Made by a program: the position numbers and the translations under genes | Source of the DNA: Myxococcales bacterium | Lineage (GTDB): Bacteria > Myxococcota_A > UBA9042 > JABWCM01 > BTVJ01 | Assembly: GCA_045863395.1 (NCBI GenBank) | Contig: BTVJ01000005.1 | Span: 73,467 to 137,466, forward strand | DNA: 64,000 nt | Direction: 5' to 3' | In this document: one piece after another, positions 55,610 through 64,000 of the stretch | How positions within the stretch are numbered: position 1 is the stretch's first letter | Layout: the number at the start of each line of letters is the position of its first letter | Notes under the pieces: generated by a model | What the model was told of the DNA's origin: nothing | What the model saw: only the letters and a program-made list of their open reading frames with translations | Databases searched by the model: none

Positions 55610-56761
55610 CTAGAACGTTGCGACCACGTCCAGATAAAAACTCGTCAAGTTGTCGCTGGTCGACCGGTAGTCGAAGAACGGGAACCGGAAGCCCTCGTTG
55701 TCCAGCGTCTTGGGTGTCTGCAGGGTCGTCGTGCCGAGCGCGATCCCCAGCTCGTCCAGCACTTGGTAGCTGACCTCGAAGGTGCCGGCCGTCAGATCGC
55801 GCTGCCCGATGCCGGGCTTGGCGTTGGCCGAGGTGAACGCGTCCTCGGGCATCTCGTAGCCGAAGGCCGTGTAGATGATGAAGTCGACGGTGATGCCCAG
55901 GCGCTCGACGGGCACGAACTCTGCCGTGAGGCGGTTCATGAACTGGAACTGGGTGTTGGACCGGGAACCGCACACGGCGCCGCCGCTGTCGAGGGTCTTC
56001 GCGCCGAGGCACGGAGGCTCGGCGTTGTTGGCCACGTCGAAGGCGGGGTGCTTGCTGCGGTTGAAGTTGTAGTCGAAGCGGAACTGGTAGCTCAGATTGA
56101 GCCAATCGAAGCTCTTGCTCAGGCCAAGGCCCCCTCGCAGCGTAAGGATGCGGGTCTGCGTCTGGGAGGCCAGCGAGGTCGGCGCCAGCAGGTCCACCCA
56201 CCCGGCGAGCTTGAGGCCCGTCACGGGCTCGCTGACGATGGGGCTGACGGACCACGTGAGCGTGAAGTCGCTGAGCAGGGTCTGGCCCCGCGTCGTATTG
56301 GCCGAATCCGCGTTCTCGATCAGGGACTTGATCAGATCGATGCGCGCGATGAGCCGCATGTTGTCGGTGAGCCGCACGAACGGGCGCAGGCTCAGGAGCA
56401 TGTCCCACTGGGGCCGCGCGTTGTACTCACCGGGGACGAAGGTCCCGATGCCCAGGGAGTTCTCGTAGATGATGGTTGCGCCGATGGGGAAGACGCTCTT
56501 GGCCTCTTCAGCCTCCTCGCCCGCCGGGGTGGCCTCCTCCTGGACCGTGTCGGTCACCGCCACCTGGGCGTCTGCCGGGGCGGCGTCGGCCCCGGAATCT
56601 GCGCCACCGCTGTCCACCGCGGGCGCTGCGCCGCTGGCCTGCTTCTCTGGAGTGGTGACGGTTGCCTGCTCGGCCTTCGGGGCCGCGTCGTCCGCGTGCG
56701 CCGCCGTGGCGGAGAGCACGAGGGCCGCGGCGAGGCCCGACATCCAGACAGTGGCTTTCAC
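55610..56761 (-). CDS. Predicted outer-membrane beta-barrel protein
   Basis: GGAGG RBS before GTG, signal peptide ending AHA, acidic Ala/Pro linker, alternating amphipathic strands and C-terminal FYLDVVATF. Confidence 0.7.
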   Translation of the reverse strand: MKATVWMSGLAAALVLSATAAHADDAAPKAEQATVTTPEKQASGAAPAVDSGGADSGADAAPADAQVAVTDTVQEEATPAGEEAEEAKSVFPIGATIIYENSLGIGTFVPGEYNARPQWDMLLSLRPFVRLTDNMRLIARIDLIKSLIENADSANTTRGQTLLSDFTLTWSVSPIVSEPVTGLKLAGWVDLLAPTSLASQTQTRILTLRGGLGLSKSFDWLNLSYQFRFDYNFNRSKHPAFDVANNAEPPCLGAKTLDSGGAVCGSRSNTQFQFMNRLTAEFVPVERLGITVDFIIYTAFGYEMPEDAFTSANAKPGIGQRDLTAGTFEVSYQVLDELGIALGTTTLQTPKTLDNEGFRFPFFDYRSTSDNLTSFYLDVVATF

Positions 56762-56862
56762 ATGACCTCCTGGGCGGAGTCGATCCGCTGGTCGTGACGG
56801 AAGGGGCCGCGTCGGGTGCGAGATGCTGCGGCTCGCGTGCGTCACCGGGCTGGGGACGCGGC

Positions 56863-56890
56863 ATCATACCGACGGTCCGGATCCTGTCAA
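56863..56890 (-). promoter_or_regulatory. Putative sigma70 promoter of the barrel/protease operon
   Basis: TTGACA-N16-TATGAT. Confidence 0.6.
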
Positions 56891-56962
56891 GGGACAGCTT
56901 GACGCGCGGCCGCTTGCCACTGCGTCGGGATCCGGACACCTCCGTCACTGGAGGGATGACAA

Positions 56963-56978
56963 AGCAACCAGCGTGCCA
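56963..56978 (-). promoter_or_regulatory. Putative sigma54 promoter of the barrel/protease operon
   Basis: TGGCAC-GCTGG-TTGCT, a consensus -24/-12 match. Confidence 0.65.
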
Positions 56979-57124
56979 GTGGCACGTCCGGAGCCAGCCG
57001 AGTGCCCCTGGCGCCCCTGGGACGCGGTCCCGCTCGCACCGAGGTACCAGAGCACGGACCCTGGAGGCGCGTCAGCGACCTGACGGCGTAAGAAATCCGA
57101 CGGTGCCCAAGTACCGTGCCCCGA

Positions 57125-60100
57125 TCACGCCAGGTACACCGCGTCGCGGCCAACGAGGCGCTCTACCTTCCCGATGAGGTCGTCGGAGGGCGTCACGCGC
57201 CACCGGTCTCCGCACGCGACGACGACCTCCGTGCGGTCGGGGAGCTGCAGTGACAATTCCGCCTCGCAAGGCCCCTGGAAGTGCAGGAACGCGGCCTGGA
57301 GCGCCTCGACCAGCTTCGGGTCGAGCCCGCCCACTGGGACCCTGACCCCCACGCGGCGCGTGAGCTGGCGCCGCGCCGCCGCGATGCTCGAGACCTCCGT
57401 CGCCCGCACCTTGCGGACCTTGGCGTCCCCCTCCCCCTCGATGCGGACCTGGCCCCTCACGAGCAGCGGCTCGTCGCTCTTGATGACCGGCTCCATGTCC
57501 GCGTACTGCTTGGAGAACACGATGACCTCCGCCTGCCCGAGGTGATCCTCGAAGGTCACGAAGGCCATTCGGCCGCTCCCGTCCTTCAAGGGCCGCTCGC
57601 GGATCGCAGCGACCACGCCGCCGAAGGTGACGTCGGCGTTGTTGGGGAGGTTCTCCAGAGACTCGGTGTTCACGTTGGCATAGCGCCGCAGCTCGTCCAG
57701 GTAGCGGTCGAGTGGGTGCCCCGTGATGTAGAACCCCAGGGACTCCTTCTCTCGCTGGAGCCGCTCGCGCTCGCTCCACTCCGCATCGTCGGGGAGCGGG
57801 TCGTACTCCGCGCCCTTCTTGGCGGGCGTCGCCTGCGTCAGCATCCCGAAGAGGCTCATCTGGCCGCTCTCCCGGTCCCGCTGTGTGGACTGCCCGCGCT
57901 CGATGGCCTTGTCGAGGGTGTGCCACAGGACGTCGCGCGGCTTGCCGAAGGAGTCGAACGCCCCCGAGGCGACCAGCGCCTCGAGCACCCGCCGGTTCAC
58001 CTTCCTGAGATCGATGCGCTCGCAGAAGTCGAACAGGCCCTCGAAGGGGCCATCGGCCCGCACCTTCAGGACGGCCTCGATGGCGCCCTCCCCTACCCCC
58101 TTGATGGCGCCGAGCCCGAAGCGGATCGCGCCCTCGCTCACCGAGAAGTCGAGCACGGACACGTTGACGTCCGGCGGCCGGATCACGATGCCCATGGACC
58201 TGGCTTCGGCGATGTAGCGCACCACCTTGTCGGTGTTGTCCTTGTCGCAGGTGAGCAGGGCCGCCATGAGCTCGACGGGATAGTGGGCCTTAAGGTACGC
58301 AGTCTGGTACGATATCAGACCATATGCGGCTGAGTGTGACTTGTTGAAGCCGTATGAGGCAAACTCCTGCACCAGATCGAAGATATGCCCCGCCTGTGCA
58401 GCATCTACGCCGTTCTTCTTGGCTCCATCGACGAAGATGTCCCGCTGCTGGGCCATCACGTCGGCCTTCTTCTTGCCCATGGCGCGGCGCAGGAGGTCCG
58501 CCTGGCCGAGGCTGAACCCGGCAAGGATGGACGCCAGACGCATCACCTGCTCTTGATAGATGATGGTGCCGTAGGTCTCGCCAAGCACGCCCTCCAGCGA
58601 GGGGTGCAGGTAGTCGACAGCCTCCTGGCCGTGCTTGCGCGCGATGAAGCTGTCGACCATGCCGCTCTGGAGCGGGCCGGGACGGTACAGGGCGACTGCG
58701 GCGATGATGTCCTCGAACTTGTCGGGCTTGAGCTTGCGCATCAGCTCCTTGAAGCCCGAGGACTCGAGCTGGAACACCCCCGTCGTGTTGCCGGAGCTGA
58801 GGAGCTCGAACACCCCCGGATCGTTCATGGGGATCTCGCTGAGCTCGAACGGCCGCTCCTCGGCCCTTTGCCCTTGGCGGATCAGCCGGACCGTCTGGTC
58901 GATGACCGTCAGTGTCTTGAGCCCGAGGAAGTCGAACTTGACGAGGCCCGCCTCCTCCACCTCGTTCTTGGCGAACTGGGTGACCAGCTCGCCGTTGTCG
59001 CCCGTGAGGACCGGGACGTAGTGCCAGAGCACCTCGTCGCCGATCACGATGCCAGCAGCGTGTACCCCTGTGTGGCGGTACAGGTTCTCCAAGGCGAGCG
59101 CCGTGTCGAACAGGCGCTCGTGCTCCGGCGCCTCGGCCATCCACTCCCGAAGGCGAGGCTCCTGCTTGAGAGCGTCCTCCAGCGTGATGTTCAGGACCTC
59201 CGGAACCAGCTTGGCGACCCGGTCCGCATCGCCGAAGGACATCTCCATGACGCGCGCCACGTCACGGATCACCCCGCGGGCCTTGAGGGAACCAAAGGTG
59301 ACGATCTGGCCGACGTTGTGGGCGCCGTACTTGTCGGTCACATACTTGATGACCCGGTCCCGCGTGTTCATGCAGAAGTCGATGTCGAAGTCGGGCATCG
59401 ACACGCGCTCCGGGTTCAGGAAGCGCTCGAAGAGGAGGTCATACTTGATGGGGTCGATGTCCGTGATGCGGAGCGCATACGCCACGATGGAGCCGGCGCC
59501 CGACCCGCGCCCCGGACCGACGGGGACCCCCATCTCCTTCGCCGCGTTGATGAAGTCCCACACGATGAGGAAGTAACCAGGGAAGCCCATCTGGTTGATG
59601 ATGGACGCCTCGAGCTCCAGGCGGTCCCTGTACTTCTGCTCGTCGACCTCGATGCCCAGGCGCCGGAAGGTCTCGAGCCGCGCGGCGAGGCCCTGCCGTG
59701 CCAGGTGAGCGAGGTAGCCCGCCTGGTCGAAGCCCTCGGGCACCTTGTACTGCGGCAGGAACACCTCCCCAAGCACCAGCTTGACGTTGCAGCGCTCGCC
59801 GATTCGGATGGCAGCGTCGATGGCCTCGCCGTGGTCGGGCAGCCCGGCGCGCATCTCCTCGCCCGACCGCAGGGTGAAGCCGTCCGGGATGTTCGCCAGG
59901 CGGTCGAGGTCCTGCATGCTCTTCTGCATCTGCAGGCACATCAGCGCCTTGTGGACCTGCGCGTCCTCCCGCGTCAGGTAGTGGACATCGTTGGTGGCGA
60001 CCAGCGGCACGCCACAGGACTCCCCGATCTCAGTGACTCCCCGGCGCACCGTCTCGTGCTCGGCCACGCTCGACGGCTGGACCTCCAGGAAGAAGCACGG

Positions 60101-60619
60101 CTCCCCGGCGTGGTCCGGCGGGAACATGGCCCGCAAGCGTGACGCGACGCGCGCGGCCCGGGCGGTGTCCTTGCGCAGCAGCGCCTGCTCGATCTCACCT
60201 CCGAGGCCTCCGGACAGCGCGATGATGCCCTCCGCCGCCTCTGCGAGCACCTCCGGGTCGATCCGGGGCCGGGCGGCGTCGGGCTCGCGGCCCCGGAGCC
60301 AGGCGTCGCTGACGACGCGGAGCAGGTTGCGATAGCCCCGATCGGTCGCGGCCAGCAAGACCAGGTGATAGCCACGGCGGTCGGTCGCCTGCGCCTCGGG
60401 ATCCATCGCCGGGGCGTACACCTCGCAGCCAAGGATCGCCTTGACGCCGGCCTTCTTCGCCGCCTTGTAGAGCTCGACCGCCCCGTAGAGGTTCGCGTGG
60501 TCGGTCATGGCGACCGCCGGCATCCCGAGGGCGGCGGCGCGCTTCACCAGGTCGGGAACACGGACCGTGGAGTCGAGCAGGCTGTAGTGGGTATGGACGT
60601 GGAGGTGGACGAAGCTCAT
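57125..60619 (-). CDS. dnaE: DNA polymerase III alpha subunit
   Basis: HLHVHTHYSLLD, GRGSGAGS, PDFDIDF, KFDFLGL and YGFNKSH. ATG at 60619. Confidence 0.98.
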   Translation of the reverse strand: MSFVHLHVHTHYSLLDSTVRVPDLVKRAAALGMPAVAMTDHANLYGAVELYKAAKKAGVKAILGCEVYAPAMDPEAQATDRRGYHLVLLAATDRGYRNLLRVVSDAWLRGREPDAARPRIDPEVLAEAAEGIIALSGGLGGEIEQALLRKDTARAARVASRLRAMFPPDHAGEPCFFLEVQPSSVAEHETVRRGVTEIGESCGVPLVATNDVHYLTREDAQVHKALMCLQMQKSMQDLDRLANIPDGFTLRSGEEMRAGLPDHGEAIDAAIRIGERCNVKLVLGEVFLPQYKVPEGFDQAGYLAHLARQGLAARLETFRRLGIEVDEQKYRDRLELEASIINQMGFPGYFLIVWDFINAAKEMGVPVGPGRGSGAGSIVAYALRITDIDPIKYDLLFERFLNPERVSMPDFDIDFCMNTRDRVIKYVTDKYGAHNVGQIVTFGSLKARGVIRDVARVMEMSFGDADRVAKLVPEVLNITLEDALKQEPRLREWMAEAPEHERLFDTALALENLYRHTGVHAAGIVIGDEVLWHYVPVLTGDNGELVTQFAKNEVEEAGLVKFDFLGLKTLTVIDQTVRLIRQGQRAEERPFELSEIPMNDPGVFELLSSGNTTGVFQLESSGFKELMRKLKPDKFEDIIAAVALYRPGPLQSGMVDSFIARKHGQEAVDYLHPSLEGVLGETYGTIIYQEQVMRLASILAGFSLGQADLLRRAMGKKKADVMAQQRDIFVDGAKKNGVDAAQAGHIFDLVQEFASYGFNKSHSAAYGLISYQTAYLKAHYPVELMAALLTCDKDNTDKVVRYIAEARSMGIVIRPPDVNVSVLDFSVSEGAIRFGLGAIKGVGEGAIEAVLKVRADGPFEGLFDFCERIDLRKVNRRVLEALVASGAFDSFGKPRDVLWHTLDKAIERGQSTQRDRESGQMSLFGMLTQATPAKKGAEYDPLPDDAEWSERERLQREKESLGFYITGHPLDRYLDELRRYANVNTESLENLPNNADVTFGGVVAAIRERPLKDGSGRMAFVTFEDHLGQAEVIVFSKQYADMEPVIKSDEPLLVRGQVRIEGEGDAKVRKVRATEVSSIAAARRQLTRRVGVRVPVGGLDPKLVEALQAAFLHFQGPCEAELSLQLPDRTEVVVACGDRWRVTPSDDLIGKVERLVGRDAVYLA

Positions 60620-60855
60620 GGACGACCCTCGGGCTTGGGACACGACGGCCCCCATGGTTCACAGCGCGCCAGGGCAATGCAACCGCTCGATTGCAAGCTC
60701 TTGGTTTTGCGAAGCAGTGGCGCCCGGAGCCGCGCGGAATCCTGGCGCGGACGATCCAGGCCTCGGTCCCGCCATGGGGGCGCGCGGCCAGGCGATGGGC
60801 GAGCAACCAGGCGAAATCACATGACAACATCGGTTCTGGTGGGTGGCAACTTCCC

Positions 60856-60885
60856 TTGACACCCCGTTCGAGGGGCCCGTAGAAT
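60856..60885 (+). promoter_or_regulatory. Putative sigma70 promoter of the cytochrome gene
   Basis: TTGACA-N18-TAGAAT. Confidence 0.6.
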
Positions 60886-60945
60886 CCGGCGTCGCCGCGG
60901 ATGCTCCGTGAGCGTCGCGGTCCTTCGTACTGTGGAGGTGTGTCG

Positions 60946-61476
60946 ATGCGCTCCCTGGTTGGTGGCTCTGCAGTGCTTCTCCTGGCCGGGGTGGTCGGAG
61001 CGTCCTGTACCTTGCGCGCGACCAACCCGGTCCCGGACGGGCCGCCCGAGCAGGATCCGGTGGAGCACCCGATGCAGCGCGCTGGTGCTGCCACGTTCCC
61101 GTCGGGCTACGACCAGTGGCGCCGCCTCAACGACGAGATCATCATGCGCTCCGAGGAGGGCGAGGCGCGCTGGCTCTACGTCAACGGGGCTGCCGAGGGG
61201 GCCAGCGGCAGATCCATGCCCGTAGGCAGCATCCTGGTCAAGGTCCAACACCGGCTCTTCGTCGACAAGGCGGGCAACTCCCAAGTGAGCGACCTGTACA
61301 AGATCGCCACGATGGAGAAGGGCGAGGCAGGCCCCAACAACGGCTGGGTGTTCCGGGCGTTCGATCCAGAGAGCCGCGAAGAGCTGGGGGGCGAGGTCGA
61401 GGCGTGCATCGTGTGCCACTCCCAGCGCGCCGGCGACGACTACACGTTCCGCGCCCTCGAGGACCTCGCTCACTGA
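60946..61476 (+). CDS. Cytochrome P460/c'-beta family lipoprotein
   Basis: Lipobox-like GAS-C, LYVN...PVGSILVK...MEK...GWVF and C-terminal CIVCH...DYTF. Confidence 0.75.
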   Translation: MRSLVGGSAVLLLAGVVGASCTLRATNPVPDGPPEQDPVEHPMQRAGAATFPSGYDQWRRLNDEIIMRSEEGEARWLYVNGAAEGASGRSMPVGSILVKVQHRLFVDKAGNSQVSDLYKIATMEKGEAGPNNGWVFRAFDPESREELGGEVEACIVCHSQRAGDDYTFRALEDLAH

Positions 61477-61495
61477 TTCGGGGGTGCTCCCGCCG

Positions 61496-63520
<2,025 letters not shown>

Positions 63521-63585
63521 CCTCTGCCTCGAGCGCCTCTCGCCCCGGGGCACTGCCCGGAGCCTGACCTGCCGTCAGGGGACCG

Positions 63586-63999
63586 TCAGAACGTCAACCG
63601 GCCCTGTAAACCGCCGCCGTCCGCGCCCGCCGCGGGCGTGATGGCGAAGGTGGGCGATGAGCCGGCACCAGACGCAGCGGATGGCGGCGCCGTGGCATCG
63701 ACGATGATGAGCACGACCCCTGCTACGAGGGCCGCCGCGCCGACGCCGATGGTAACGTCCGACGCGAGCGCCAGGGTCTTCGCGTCGTCGCGATAGGCTC
63801 GCTTCTCGTTGAGGGCGGTCGCCCCATCGAAGTCCGACTGGGCCCCAAGGGCGAGCCCCCCGAGAACGCCCCCCGTGATCGCGGTCGCTCCACCGACGCC
63901 GAGGAGGACCCAGCCTGTGGCACCCAGGGCCGAACCACCGGCCTCGGGGCCGCCCGTGGCGCCGATGCCCGTCGCGTCGACCCCGGTGGTCGTCGGATC
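63586..63999 (-). CDS. C-terminus of a myxobacterial-type exported membrane protein (often TPR/PEGA); 5' end off window
   Basis: GWVLLGVGGATAITGGVLGGLAL...DVTIGVGAAALVAGVVLII...GGGLQGRLTF*. Confidence 0.7.
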   Translation of the reverse strand, partial: DPTTTGVDATGIGATGGPEAGGSALGATGWVLLGVGGATAITGGVLGGLALGAQSDFDGATALNEKRAYRDDAKTLALASDVTIGVGAAALVAGVVLIIVDATAPPSAASGAGSSPTFAITPAAGADGGGLQGRLTF

Positions 64000-64000
64000 C

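Noticed and set aside
55554-56408. N-terminal extension making the protease 2211 aa, suggesting a frameshift fusion with the barrel gene
   Set aside because: The extension is an off-frame reading of the barrel gene. ATG 55553 has an AGGAGG RBS and a proper lipoprotein signal peptide.

Overview
High-GC window from a bacterium that looks like Myxococcota/delta-proteobacteria, judging by eukaryote-like Ser/Thr kinases, a PilZ protein, Cys-rich lipoproteins and sigma54 sites. About 32 kb (8.4-40.6 kb, minus strand) is one contiguous translation/transcription supercluster: tRNA-Thr/Tyr/Gly/Thr, tuf, rpmG, tRNA-Trp, secE, nusG, rplKAJL, rpoBC, rpsLG-fusA, the S10, spc and alpha operons, then tRNA-Gln/Glu. 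It lacks rplC, a str-linked tuf and adk/map, and its EF-G and IF-1 are divergent. The left flank carries a partial kinase, dnaJ, a second divergent EF-G, a PilZ gene, a TIGR02300-like gene, dnaB and a HisC-like aminotransferase. The right flank carries an adenosine deaminase, rlmB, proS, an Smr nuclease, dnaE, a cytochrome P460-like lipoprotein and a kinase. The most notable items are: (i) an 11-kb operon with a predicted outer-membrane beta-barrel followed by two giant paralogous metzincin lipoproteins, with both sigma54 and sigma70 promoter matches; (ii) a ~330-nt multi-stem element between tRNA-Trp and secE; (iii) a 150-bp AT3-rich patch in dnaE centred on the known DnaE intein site. All calls are by eye; no searches were run.
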